NCBI GenBank assembly: GCA_002269645.1
Contig: NIVC01001132.1
Location: 1 to 37,411, forward strand
Reading direction: 5' to 3'
Origin: Macrostomum lignano
Lineage: Eukaryota
DNA length: 37,411 nucleotides
Positions 1 through 12,024 of this stretch are shown piece after piece. Numbering within the stretch: position 1 is the first letter of the stretch; every line of letters begins with the position of its first letter. Below the pieces are notes generated by a model. The model saw only the letters and a list, made by a program, of their open reading frames with translations, was not told the DNA's origin and ran no database searches. A program made the translations under genes and the position numbers.

Positions 1-1114
1 ATGGCAGATGCAGAATATCACCAGGCCAATTAGAACGACGCCAGTAACTGAGCTGACACAGATGATGGCTATCATGGATTTGATAAGCCGGACTTTTCGT
101 CCGAATCTTTCGGAGACGGCTTGCGTTTGTCTCCGGACGAGTATTGGTCATGTGTGCAGCATCTCTGGCTGCCGCCAGGGCCGCAGCAGTAGGACTTCGC
201 AGACGGCCTGGCAACCAATTCAGCATAGGAGTTCGCTTTGCTGCCGTCGTCGGATTCCGGGCAGACGAACTTGTCGTAGGTCCTCGTTCCCGATGCTCGA
301 GAAGCGAAGCACACAGTGATGTCGCCAACTACTAAGCCCTTCGGAAATCGAAGAAGCCACTGCGCTGACATTGCGTTGTCCAAAAAGGTACATTAAACTA
401 TTGGGGACGTATACCGAGTCCAACTGAAGTCAATTGCTTCGGCACGTACTCCACTGAAAAATTGATTAAATACTCATTATTATGCTGAAGTTGAATATAG
501 AAGTTCTTTAATTTAAATTTAAAAGTGGGGCTAGTCGTGCAATAGAATCATTACCCATTGTATCCATCGCCAAAACTTCGGAGAAGCTTAAGATTATTGA
601 GAGCGTCTGAAAAAAATTAGAAGTTTTCAGCGGTATAATTGTATTTTTATAGTATAGTTAAAGTTTTAGTATATTTGACTAGCAATCTAGTGCCCCTTCG
701 GGGCGCTCAATAAGCGAGGTGCAAATAATAATAATATTAATTGCATTCGCTTGCCGCAAAACATCGTTTTACAACCAACAGTGAGGCAATCTGCCCATTT
801 TTGACTCCTGAGCGCAAAAAGGGTGTGAATACTGTACGCACTCGCACGCACTCGCACGCGCTCACACAAGATGTACAGTGACCAGGACCTTGGGATTCGA
901 GAGTGAGCCACAAAAACTAACCAGAAGTCAAGTGTCAGACGTAATAAGATGGTAGTCTCGACGCGTACGTATGTGTGATAGCGCTTCAACAACCCAATTC
1001 ATGCATTAGTAAGCCATGGCACTTACGTATAGTGTTGATTGGTAGTAGGAATCCAATAGAAATTAAACAAAGTAGGTTTGATAGACTGCTTGAAATGAAA
1101 TATTGCAACGCCAT
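1..1114 (-). CDS. Gene A: Shisa-like 6-Cys membrane protein, 3'-partial (runs off window start). Exons 1114-1027, 606-555, 453-<1; three apparent 1-nt frameshifts in exon 3
   Basis: Exon 1 ATG 1114 encodes signal peptide MALQYFISSSLSNLLCLISIGFLLPINTI and ends at C|GTAAGT (phase 1). Exon 2 follows TTTTTTTCAG and ends YNG at GG|GTAATG (phase 2). Exon 3 follows TTTTCAG and encodes ITVC..FVCPE..SYCCGPGGSQRCC, then a TM (SMIAIICVSSVTGVVLIGLVIFCICH) in a shifted frame. Adding one base at about 423, about 385 and about 80 restores a frame colinear with genes B and C. Confidence 0.8.
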
Positions 1115-1366
1115 TTTTTATTAAGATAAGTATGTAGTTGTCTGTTAATGTATTCAACGTTTTTACAGTTAGTGATTGATGCCTTGAAAGCCACTATATA
1201 TTCCACATGAAGTATGCGAATAAATTAAGAAAGATAAATGCCATAGATAAACCATGGTAGCCACAAAGTCAACAAAAAGAGAAGTACGAAGTACAAAAGC
1301 TTACTTAGTTCTGAAGAAAATTGATTTAGAAAAAATCTGCAACGAGTCAACGAATTCATCATAAAG
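1115..1366. promoter_or_regulatory. Putative bidirectional promoter between genes A and B
   Basis: Only 252 bp of AT-rich DNA separate the divergent start codons at 1114 (-) and 1367 (+). Inferred from the gene models; no TSS data. Confidence 0.5.
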
Positions 1367-4300
1367 ATGGCATACAAAATGGTATTTTCATTGAACGCGA
1401 TAGGTCTACTTCTCTTGGTAGAATACTGTACATGTAAGTAGCTTTCAGCAGAATTATTTGGTTTTAAAATTAATTCTCAATCTCACCTTACTTTAGAAGA
1501 TCACTCTCACCTCTAAATGATCAATCTCGCTTTTAAATGGTCACTCTCATTTCTAGATAATCAATCTCACTTTTAGAAGATCAAAAAAAGTTTTTAAATA
1601 CTAGATCTCACTTCTAGATGATCTATCTCACTTCTAAATGATCAATCTCATTTCTAGATGATCAATCTCATTTTTAGATGATCAATCTCACTTCTAAATA
1701 ATCAATCTCACTTTTGGATGATCAATCTCACTTTGAGATGATTAATGTCACTTCTAAATGATCAATCTCATTTTTAGATAATCAAAATCTCACTTCTAGA
1801 TGAGCAAATTAGATTATCAATCTAATTTCTAGATGATCAATCTCACATTTGAGATGATCTATCTTCTAGATAATCAATCTCACCTCTAAATGATTAATCT
1901 CACTTCTAGATGATCAATATGACTGCTCAACCATATGATTAGTTACACTTCCGAATGCTTTAACTCTCTTTTAGATTCTCAATAGGGATTCTAGCCTTTT
2001 AAAAATATTATTTATACATTACATTTAAATCCGCATAAAAATAAACATTCCAGGTGATTTAAGTGTTCATGAAATGAGAGGAAACTTGTACAAGGGGTAA
2101 CTAAAAACTCAAAGCAGTGATTTGAATTCAGTACAAGTTGATTCAAAATTTCATTTGAGCTGTTTGTTCTGTATTTCAGAGGCGGACGCGCTTCAGAACT
2201 GGACTTCGACGTAAACTCAGTGTACGTCTCGAAAGAACTCCGACCGCTAGTATTATCAGGTGACAGACTGCGTTCGGACATAACAGCGAGCGATGTGGCC
2301 CTCTGCTTTGCCGGCCGTGGCAAGTATGATCAGTTTATCTGTCCAGAAGAAGACGTAGATTCCAATGCAAAGTCCTACTATGACCTGCTGTCAAACGCTG
2401 ATACAAAGACGTATTGTTGCGGTGAGGAGGACGAGCAGTACTGCTGCACAAAAGCCGAGTTCGAGGCGCTGAAGTCAAGTTTGTCCACGGGAGCCATTGC
2501 AGCAATCGTGATCTGCTCTTTACTTGGAGTGGTGGTCATGGGTTTGATCATTTTTTGCGCTTGCAAGTTTTTCTGTCTTGTCAAACAGAGGCCCAACGCT
2601 TCTAGGCCGATGGGGGTGAGTAATAAATGCAGTTCTTTCTTATCATGGCTTAAGGAGATCTGATTTAGTGAAACAAGATAAAAAGTTTATAAAAATTAAA
2701 AATCAGATTGACGTAACAGAGCTGCATGAAAACGCCTCTGTGCAACCCCTGGGCTCTGGCGCTGAAAGGTACACCCACCAGGCGTCTGGATGGTGCGGTA
2801 GCTGAGGTTGCGGCCAAGATCCCATTATCCATAGACAGCGGCGCGGCAGTCACCAATCACATGTGAAAACTCCCACTTGTGAGACGGGACTTCCGGTCTG
2901 TAACAGACGAAGATTCTTGACCCCAACTGTACTAGAAATGGCCGACTAGGGACTCTATGGACAGTCTAGTCAGAGCTGTAAACGAGGACATTTGGATCTT
3001 TTAGCTGGTGAGCGATTCTAGACTACGATTCCCTCCTAAGCCACAGGATTCCAAGGGTGGATAAAACGCCATATTTTTATGTTGATGAGGAAGGGCAGGT
3101 CCCAGAAATCTCTCGTGATGCCCTTCCATAGAAAAGGTCGGCAAACTCCGGCTTGCGGGCGATAAGCGGGCCTCGAAGCCTCTCGAAACTTAAAAAAAAG
3201 CGATCCGGCCCGCTAAAGGTGTGTTTCTCTTCTCGGATTTTTTTCTTCTCTCTCCTCTCCCCTTTCCCTTCTCTCCACACTCCCCTCTTTCCTCTCTCTC
3301 TTCTCTTCCTCTCTCCTCCTCTCTTCTCGTTTATCCTTTCTCTCATCCCATCTCATGCCTCTCTTCTCACATCTCTTATCTTCTATTATTTCTCTTTTTC
3401 ACTCTCATCTGGCCTGCAGACATGAGCTAAAATCCTTATCTGGCACTTGAAGCGAAAAAGTTTGCCATACTCTGTCCTATAGGGACAGGGAAGCTAAAGC
3501 TGAGAATGGGGGTGGCCGCTCGGGCCATTAAAACGGGCTCTTGTTTATAGCCCTGAGACTACGCGTCACACGATCACGATCACGTGATACATGATATTGA
3601 AGGCCGTGACTTGTCCTTGATCTTCGTTACCAAGCAACCCTGGTGATGTCACCCACCAGTGGCGCTGCTATTGGACGAGAAACTGGGGTGGGGTGCAACG
3701 GAGAAAAACTATTCATGATGGAGGATTACGTAACAGACAGGAAAAGCTTGGGGAGATGTGGGGTCATAAAAACTGTCACACGCATGAATGATTTCGAACA
3801 ATAGAAAGGAGGGTGGGGTTGGTGCTCGAGGGAGTGGGTGGGCGATAAGCATGAGTCATTGTGATAACTCATTTTCAATTAGTCATCATGGGGGGGGGGC
3901 AGGAATCACACGGGAAAAGGGAGGGAGCGCAAAAAATAGCGGGGAGGGGCAGGGAACCTGGACGTGTCTGTATCAAGATGGCGATCATTTTAAGGATAAC
4001 CTTTTGCATTGTTGAAAGAGTGAAAATGAATTTCAGAATATTTGCTAATTGGTTCACCAAAGCGCGACGTGATTAACAACCAAATGCCACCGATTAATAA
4101 AAAGTGTGGGAGCAATGCAACGTAGACAACAAAAACTACTTAAGTAGAACGGGAAAGTACGTTTCTTGGAAAGTTTTCTGGAGGCCAGTTTTACGGAGAA
4201 AATACTTTGCATCGATAGCACGTTTTTTGTGACAGTCAGGTACAAATACTCAGCAATATCGAAAAGTCGCCATCACAGCAGATTCGGTCTGTGGTCGCCA

Positions 4301-4744
4301 ATTTTGAGAGTGCAGGTAAAGTCTCAATCTTTGCGAGTGACGCTACTCAGCTACGCCGCGGCAGACTAGCTTGAGTTGAGGAATGAAGTGGGGGAGCGGT
4401 GTGCGAGGGTTGGACGTGGATTAAAGCTACCCGATCAGTTTTCTCGTATCTTTTATTTCAGAATAGTCCAAGAGATAGTCACTGACGCATAGATTTGGCG
4501 ACTTTTTAATGTTGCTGATATGACTACAACAAGTAACAACTTATGCTGTTAAATTTATTAACCAAACATTAATTAAAAGTGCGTCACAACTTTGTGCCAA
4601 TTTATCATTATGCAGCCGCCGCGGTTCGGCTCGCCCTACCAGCAGCCGGTGCCCTACGGCTCTGGCGGAGGCTTCGCGCAGCCGCAGCCGATGCCGTACG
4701 CACCGCCGCCGCCGCCGCCCATGGCACCACCGCAAATGTACTAA
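1367..4744 (+). CDS. Gene B: Shisa-like 6-Cys single-pass protein with Pro/Tyr-rich tail; join(1367-1433,2054-2096,2180-2615,4616-4744), 224 aa
   Basis: Signal peptide MAYKMVFSLNAIGLLLLVEYCT|GTAAGT; micro-exon DLSVHEMRGNLYKG|GTAACT; exon 3 ALC..ICPEE..TYCCGEEDEQYCC plus TM (AIAAIVICSLLGVVVMGLIIFCAC), ending at GGG|GTGAGT; last exon PPRFGSPYQQPVPY...PYAPPPPPPMAPPQMY*. Phases 1/2/0 match and the total of 675 nt is divisible by 3. Extra exons within 2616-4615 cannot be excluded. Confidence 0.8.
1477..1917. repeat. Degenerate ~20-bp minisatellite (consensus about TCTAGATGATCAATCTCACT) in intron 1 of gene B
   Basis: Tandem variants of gatcaatctcacttctagat are directly visible. Confidence 0.9.
3225..3410. 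repeat. Pyrimidine (CT)-rich low-complexity tract
   Basis: Almost entirely C/T on the + strand; explains the spurious F/S/L/P-rich and R/E/K/G-rich ORFs. Confidence 0.85.
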
Positions 4745-5213
4745 TAATAAAGGACAACAGACCTGTCCTAGATTCAGAGTTGCAGAGATGTGATGATAAA
4801 AACTGTGTTCTTTTAATTTGAGCGCATGCTTTTTAATTTCCTTTGACAGAGACATATCAATAAGTTTGGAATACTTGCCAAACAGGCATCTGAATAAACG
4901 AGTTTTACTACTGACTGTGAAAGCAGTTGCCTACTTTTCTGTTAAAATGGCGTCATAGCACGCTTTTTCTAACTATTTTTGTCAAGAAAAGACCTAAACA
5001 CAATATTCCTTTACTTAAAGGACAACAACACAGCAAATATACCTGCTAGAAACTTTCGATAGAGACTTATGAAATTTATAAGTCAATTTATCAAAAATAC
5101 TGACCCAAGTTTTATTTTGTTTCTAAGCTGAACAAACAAACAATGTAACTTTCCTAACTGGAAAATATTTTCTCCATATAGATTGCCTGCAAAAGGACTT
5201 CAGATTGCCTGCT

Positions 5214-5432
5214 CACGGTCTATAGTTCACAGCAGTTCACAGTCTATAGTTTACGGCAGTTCACAGTCTATAGTTCACAGTCTATAGTTCATAGTTTATA
5301 GTTCACAGTCTATAGTTCACGGTCTAGAGTTCTCGGTCTATAGTTCACGGTCTATAGTTCACAGTCTATAGTTCACGGCATATAGTTCACAGTCTATATA
5401 TAGTTCACGGTCTATAGTTCACGGTCTATAGT
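5214..5432. repeat. 14-bp minisatellite (TATAGTTCACRGTC)n
   Basis: Tandem units of tctatagttcacgg/tctatagttcacag, abutting the 5' end of the LINE fragment. Confidence 0.9.
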
Positions 5433-6843
5433 TCTGCAGGAATGAATTGCGCGACATCTTCGCCGGCATTGTAAACGCGCCCGCATCGCCGCTGCCCGCC
5501 AGCTTTGCGCTCCCACTGGACACGCTGCTCCCAGCTGAGGAGGACTTCTGCACCAGACCAGTCACAACGGAGGACGCAATGCTGTTCGCTCGGAAAACAT
5601 CAGGCGACAAGGTGCTCGGCCCGACGAAGTCCGTTCGAAGCGCTGCGGCTCCGCTGTGTAGCCTCCCAGGTTACAGGCGTCATGAACCGCGTGCTCGCCG
5701 GCGCTCCTGCACCCACCGAGTGGACCGTCGCGCACATCGTGCCGATCCCGAAGAAGGCAGGGACAACGTGGAAAGAAGACCACCGAGGGATCTCGCTGAT
5801 GTCCTGCACCACGAAGCTCTTCAACTGACTTCTGCTCGATCGGCCTGCCTGACCTGTTCGATACTTCATCAGGAGTTCTGCGGGGCGACACGCTAGCGCC
5901 CTTTCCCTTCGTGCCGCTGATGGCTGGGTGCTTCGGACCGCTCTCCCCTCGGCTGGGACGGCTTCCTGCTGCGCAGACACATCGGTCGCCGCCACGTCGA
6001 AAAGCGCCTAAGCGTGCTTGGCTACGCCGACGACCTCGCCCTCCTGTCCTCGTCCGTTGAAGGCGCCCAGTGCCAGATCGATAGGCTGGTCGAGGCGGCG
6101 GTGTCGCGTGGCGTTGTTCTGATCGTCAACACGCTGAAGACCGAGGTGCTGACTGTGCCGGCCGACATCCCAGCGGACTTGACGTGCCGCGGCGCAGACG
6201 GGCAGACGACCAAGCTCGCACGCTGCCAGCGGTTCACCTACCTCGGCGGTCTGGTGCCCCACGTGGAGGAAGACCTCCGGCGGCGCAGAGGACTTGCCTG
6301 GGCGGCCTTTCGTTACACTCGAGCCGTCCTCCAGTCTGAAGCACTGCCCGACCGCCAGAGGGCTCGGCTGTGGCAGGTGCCAATCGAAACCGTCCTGCTA
6401 TACAACGCCGGAGACGTGGACGCTGACGGCTACGCTAGAGCGGCAGCTGGACTCGGCGCACTTAGGGCTGCTCCGTGCGGCCTTTCAAGCTGACGAGAGC
6501 GTCGGGACCGAGGCCCTGTACGATCGGGCCAAGCTGCAGCGCCCGTCCACCATCTTGCGCCGGCGGCGACTTCAACTGGCGAGCCACGTGATCCGGGCGA
6601 AGGCTACTGCCCCCAACCTGTTCAGGACGTCCTGCTGCTCACCTTGCAGGGCCCGTTCAGGCGGGATCAGGCCCGAACCGGTCGATACGTGGACTGCCTG
6701 CTGTGCGACGCTGGGGCGCCCGACACTGCCAACGGAGCGGACTTTGTTCGCTCCAAGGCTCTGCGGCGCGCCATCTGACGCGCCCTGCTCTAAATGTGAC
6801 TTTGCATGCGGGGCCGCGAATTTTGTTGTTGTTGTTGTTGTTA
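5433..6843 (+). mobile_element. 5'-truncated, frameshifted non-LTR retrotransposon (RTE-like) reverse transcriptase and 3' end
   Basis: Overlapping ORF pieces encode WTVAHIVPIPKK..HRGISLMSCTTKLFN, LGYADDLALL, FTYLGG and ETVLLY(N). It ends in a (TTG)n tail at about 6824-6843. The clade assignment is tentative. Confidence 0.85.
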
Positions 6844-6897
6844 GTGAAGTATTGAGGGTTTGTCTCGGGTTGTCTCGAGGTAGTCTGGTAGGTCCTT

Positions 6898-6924
6898 GAA
6901 TCCCACCGCTGCCACCAATGTTGT
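6898..6924 (-). mobile_element. Orphan LTR 3' end (..ACAACA) plus tRNA-Leu primer-binding site
   Basis: The minus strand reads ACAACA-T-TGGTGGCAGCGGTGGGATTC, complementary to a tRNA-Leu 3' end (GAATCCCACCGCTGCCACCA). The extent of the LTR towards higher coordinates is not resolved. Confidence 0.65.
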
Positions 6925-8178
6925 ACCTGTGCTTCTCCTACTGTCTAGCACAGTGATTTGGGCTCTCCGTCTTCTCAACCGGAAGCCTTCGATTAGCTCT
7001 TAGTAGCGTAGGTAGTGCTGCCACCAGTTCCTTCAGGTCTCGGCGTTCGGTGAGGTGAGCTTCCCGTCGGAGCGAAATAAACAAGTCAACGATTTCAGCA
7101 CAGCGTGAAGATTTGCAGATTAATGAACAAGGCGTCCTGGTCAGCAGATCCCACCGGGCTCAAGGGGTGGCTGGGAAGGCAGTGTTAGCCTCCCTTAGGC
7201 TTGGGCTTCTAAGTTTAATCAGGCAAATTACAGATAGCTTTAATTGGCAACTGAATGAAGTATGGAAAACTAGACTAAAGAAGAACAACAACAAGAAGAA
7301 GAATCCTTGACTGAACCAAGGGTGAGGGGCAAATATTTTAAGGCAGGAAATCCCCGCTGCACCAGTGTGCGCCGGACCTCGTGACTCTGTTCAATTTTTA
7401 GAACTGACGTCACCCTCCGCCTTAGGGAAGGCAGGATTTGCGGGTAAAGTGCACAGAGCCGCATGACTCAGTATCTATTTTTAGAAACATGAGTCACCTA
7501 TTACCTTACAGAAGGCAAGGGCCCCGAAACACGTGATTCTTCTCGTAAACACGGGCCAAAGAGTGCAGTAAACATGTTTACTGCACTTTAGGACTTCGAG
7601 AAAACAAGACTTGGCAGGTGACTTGCTCACATGACATGGGAAACAGGCCACCAGCGTGACCTCAGGACAGGAACTAAACGCAGAGCAGGCCACAGCGGAG
7701 AAGCTCGTGGCTGCAAGAAAGAGCGCAGAGAAGAGGGGGGCGACAGAGAACAGGCAGCAAAAGGGAGGGAGGCTGCCCAGCGGCAGACAGCAACCCAGGG
7801 AGAGGGCGAGGGCGAGGGAAGCTGCTGACAATAGTACAATGCCTAACACCAAACTAGCGGATCACTACATTAATATACAAAAATTTTCCGGCTTTAATTA
7901 CCTACTCCTTGTCTGAGGCAAATATCCAGCTTCCGCTTTCTCTTCCCTTCCCTATTTGAAGCATGGCTCAGAAATCTATATTGTTTAATCAAAGCTTATG
8001 CTGACATGCTTTGGCGACCCTAAGCCCATAGACATGGCATTTATCCTTTAAGGGACAAAAATAATCGTTAAAATAGTAAAACAAAGCATTTAAAGACACG
8101 CAGACAATTTAGGCATTTCTGGTCAAATGTTCAACCCGAAGCATTCATCGCCTGCAAGCCTACTGGATCATAGCGTGA

Positions 8179-9991
8179 ATGAATCGTCAGAGTGTTGTTA
8201 TTTTGTTTATTTCTTTATTACCATCGGCTGTGATATGTAAGTTTGCACTAATTTATTTAATTTCTTGTCATTAATTTAATGACAAGAAAAGATTCAGTCA
8301 GTGACATATATGATTCAGTTTTCTATGTGTACAGTTTTCTAAACTTACTCCTTGGTGAACATAAAAAAGTCTTGGGTCTTCTTTAACTTTAGGTGGATAA
8401 AATAGTTGCAGTTTTGATAGATTCATAGTTTTGTCTTTGAAAAGGTTTTTGATGGTGCTGATTTCAAATTTTGAGCTTCACTTTTTCGTAGCTTACAACC
8501 AATCACCGAGGCATGGGGAATGGGGGGTGTTAGAGTGGGGAGAATCTTCATGGGGATTGATTTTACGTACCTAAACTTCAATAGAGGCACCAGTGTCTAT
8601 TAAAGATTAGGTAGATATATTCGGAGACTGAGAGAAAGGGTTCTAGGAGCAAATAAGCCATTAAGCATAAATAAAAAATTCAGCAAGTTATCAAACACCC
8701 CTCAATGGAGAAAAATTATAATCCGATCAAAACTAATTGATATCAGTTACCTTCAGAATGGAGACAACCCAGATTAGTAGAAAAAAGTATAGGTAAGCTC
8801 ATAAATAAGTAAAGAATGTACGGCTAGTAGTCACAACAATGAAAGAACGATATCGAATCAAAAAGCGGTCGGAGAGAGGCGGGTGGCGAACCGATGATTC
8901 AGCATTTTTTGAAAACACTAACCTGACGCGGTTACTGTCGCTGGACTATAACAAATTAGAAATGACACTCTTTTTAACGGTGTTAAAATTCGAACCCTCT
9001 AAATCTTTTTTTTTAAATGAACTCGTTGAATTGTGGAAAATATTAACATTTAAAAGTCATGATTCTAAAAAAAGTTCGATGTTTTCAAACATATAAATCT
9101 TTTTTTGCTTTATTACCATTTTGGACAGCCTCTAAGGCTCTAAGAAAGTTTCAGAAAAATCGGAAAATCGGAAGTATGAGTCCAAGTGCCGCTCAACCCT
9201 ATAAGCCTGTTCTTATACTAGTGATTTACTACTTTCTCAAAACTTTAGGCAACACGTCAAGTTCGAGTCAAGCAAAATTTAAAGGGTACGTAGAAGTCAT
9301 TACACAGAAAATCTTTTTAAATCATTTGCTACTCTGCTTATTTACATCGATAATCCACAAGTTTCTTTATAAACTTCAGAGGCGTTCCAGCCAGTGAGTC
9401 GATGCTCAGAAACGACACCGTTTACATTTCCGACAAGATCCGCCACCTGTTAGTAGACCCCAGCACAGGACTGTTCAAGTCAAATGTCAACTTTGAAGTG
9501 ATAACTGTGTGCTTCGCGCGTCGATTTGATCACAGCAGAGGCTCGCGCCAGTACGAAATGTTCGTCTGCCCGGAGCAGTCCGGTGCCACACAAGTCGCTA
9601 CTTACTCCGGCTTGGTTTCCAGGGGCGAGACAAAGTCCTACTGCTGCGGTGCCAAATCGAAACAATGGTGTTGCGATTTTATTGAATTCTCTGACAAACA
9701 CCGAGAAGAACAAAAGCGTTTATCGAAAGTTCTCATAGCAATAATTTGCGTTGGCTCGTTTGCTGTAGTCATCCTTATTGTCCTGATTGTAGCTTGCATT
9801 CACCACAGCTGCAGCCGACAGAATGGAAGAAGTTCATCGCAAGTAAGTAACTAAAACTTAATTTTTTGACACACCCGGCTTTCAGTTTGTCAGCTAGTTA
9901 TTAGTTAGTTAGTTAGTTAGTTATTAGTTAGTTAGTTAGTCAGTTAGTTAGTTAGATAGACATTTAGATAGTTAGTTAGTTAGTTAGTTAT

Positions 9992-10075
<84 letters not shown>

Positions 10076-10076
10076 C

Positions 10077-10136
<60 letters not shown>

Positions 10137-10179
10137 GAGTGAGTGAGTTAGTTAGTTAGTTAGTTAGTTAGTGAGTTAC

Positions 10180-10225
<46 letters not shown>

Positions 10226-10226
10226 C

Positions 10227-10276
<50 letters not shown>

Positions 10277-10693
10277 GAGTGAGTTACTTAGTTAGTTAGT
10301 TAGTTATTTAGTTAGTTAGTTAGTTAGTTAGATAGTTAATTTGGTAGTTAATTTGGTAGTTAGTAAATTATAAATTTCATAGAACTGTATTTATTGCTGC
10401 TAACAATAAATTGCAATGATTGCATCCCCTGTACTCAGGGTTTTCAAAAGCAGGAACAACAACAACATGGAAGCCAGCAGCAGCAGCAGAGTTATCAAGG
10501 GTTGCAGCTGCAGCAGGACTCCCTGTCGCACCAGCAGGCACATCCATATGGAGGCTTCACACAGCCGCAGGTTCGCCCAGAATACCCCCCGATGCACCAG
10601 CAGTCGCCAGAGCAATACCCTCCGCCACCGCCTCCTCCATACATGTATTCTGGAAGCAATGACTCGATCCAGCAAGTGCCACAAAAGCAATAA
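8179..10693 (+). CDS. Gene C: Shisa-like 6-Cys single-pass protein with Gln-rich PPxY tail; join(8179-8236,9249-9285,9380-9842,10439-10693), 270 aa
   Basis: Signal exon MNRQSVVILFISLLPSAVI T|GTAAGT; micro-exon TTTAG|GC..KFKG|GTACGT; exon 3 TVC..VCPEQ..SYCCGAKSKQWCC plus TM (VLIAIICVGSFAVVILIVLIVACI), ending CAA|GTAAGT; last exon after CAG encodes QQ-rich..QYPPPPPPPYMY..*. Total of 813 nt is in frame. Confidence 0.85.
9895..10337. repeat. (TTAG)n microsatellite in intron 3 of gene C
   Basis: Long run of TTAG with occasional TGAG/ATAG variants. Confidence 0.95.
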
Positions 10694-11035
10694 TGAGATG
10701 CCAAAAACTAAATCAATGAGCAACATCTGTACCGACAAACTATAAATTTCTGAATTTTCATTATTATGCCCCAAAGAAAAGCTGAGCATTTATGTTGAGA
10801 AATTTAAGTTCAAATATCAAAGAATGCTTCGAAATATTTAGTCTTATTGATAACACTTTTTTTCAAAAATATTAAAATTCGAATTTTAAATACTGAAAAA
10901 CTGCTCTTTTACTCAACAAAATGTCTCGACAAAAATTAAATAAGAAATATTCACGACTACAGTCATAAAAACACTGCACTCAAAAGATTGTACATTTTCG
11001 AGATGGAATGTTTTTTAGTCTAGTACGTGCTACTC

Positions 11036-11292
11036 AGCATCATTCCCCCTTTAGCATGATTTCCCCTTTGGCATCATTCCCCCTTTTAGCATCATTCCCC
11101 CTTTTAGCATGATTTCCCCTTTGGCATCATTCCCCCTTTTAGCATCATTCCCCCTTTTAGCATCATTCCCCCTTTAGCATCATTCCCCCTTTTAGCATCA
11201 TTCCCCCTTTTAGCATCATTCCCCCTTTAGCATCATTCCCCCTTTTAGCATCATTCCCCATTTAGCATTATTCCCACTCAGCATCATTCCCT
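11036..11292. repeat. 19-20 bp minisatellite (TAGCATCATTCCCCCTTT[T])n
   Basis: Directly visible tandem units. Confidence 0.9.
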
Positions 11293-11564
11293 TCTTACCT
11301 TAGCTCATATCGTATTGTTTGTACAATTCTGGCTCAAAATCATATTTTGATGCAAAATAATTCAGTAGTTACAGCAGCGTGGGTACTAGGAAAATGGAGA
11401 AACCAACTTCTAGGATGAATTGTTTCATGAATTTTTTACTCGAACCATGGCTGGTTCTCCTAGCCTGAATCCCAAGCCACTCTGGTAACTTGATAGAGCA
11501 GAAGTTTGATTTTATACATGTAGAAATGTACACGCGCCACGCGAGAGAGCCAAAAACCACGCGA

Positions 11565-12024
11565 GTGTTTGGCTCAATTGATCAGCTGTGTTTGGCTCAG
11601 TTGATCAGCTGTGTTTGGCTCAATTGATCAGCTGTGTTTGGCTCAGTTGATCAGCTGTGTTTGGCTCAATTGATCAGCTGTGTTTGGCTCAATTGATCAG
11701 CTGTGTTTGGCTCAATTGATCAGCTGTGTTTGGCTCAATTGATCAGCTGTGTTTGGCTCAATTGATCAGCTGTGTTTGGCTCAATTGATCAGCTGTGTTT
11801 GGCTCAATTGATCAGCTGTGTTTGGCTCAATTGATCAGCTGTGTTTGGCTCAATTGATCAGCTGTGTTTGGCTCAATTGATCAGCTGTGTTTGGCTCAAT
11901 TGATCAGCTGTGTTTGGCTCAATTGATCAGCTGTGTTTGGCTCAATTGATCAGCTGTGTTTGGCTCAATTGATCAGCTGTGTTTGGCTCAATTGATCAGC
12001 TGTGTTTGGCTCAATTGATCAGCT
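11565..12024. repeat. Near-perfect 23-bp tandem array x20 (GTGTTTGGCTCAATTGATCAGCT)
   Basis: 460 bp = 20 units with no spacers; units 2 and 4 carry one A>G variant. Confidence 0.95.

Noticed and set aside
4579-4821. Ala-rich ORF as a separate gene
   Set aside because: It is the alternative frame of the Pro-rich last exon of gene B.
6898-6917. tRNA-Leu gene or pseudogene
   Set aside because: Only the 3' 20 nt including CCA match and the upstream sequence is not tRNA-like, so it is interpreted as a PBS on the opposite strand.
7113-7916. Several short overlapping ORFs
   Set aside because: Low-complexity, with no recognisable motifs; probably a decayed retroelement sequence that I cannot classify.
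9176-9248. In-frame ATG with a hydrophobic stretch as the first exon of gene C
   Set aside because: TTTAG|GC at 9249 matches the phase-1 acceptor of the paralogues and a better signal exon exists at 8179-8236. It remains possible as an alternative start.
9895-10337. Telomeric repeat or chromosome end
   Set aside because: The unit is TTAG, not TTAGG or TTAGGG, and it lies inside an intron of a continuous gene model.
11565-12024. CRISPR array
   Set aside because: Repeats are head-to-tail with no unique spacers, there are no cas genes, and the context is eukaryotic.
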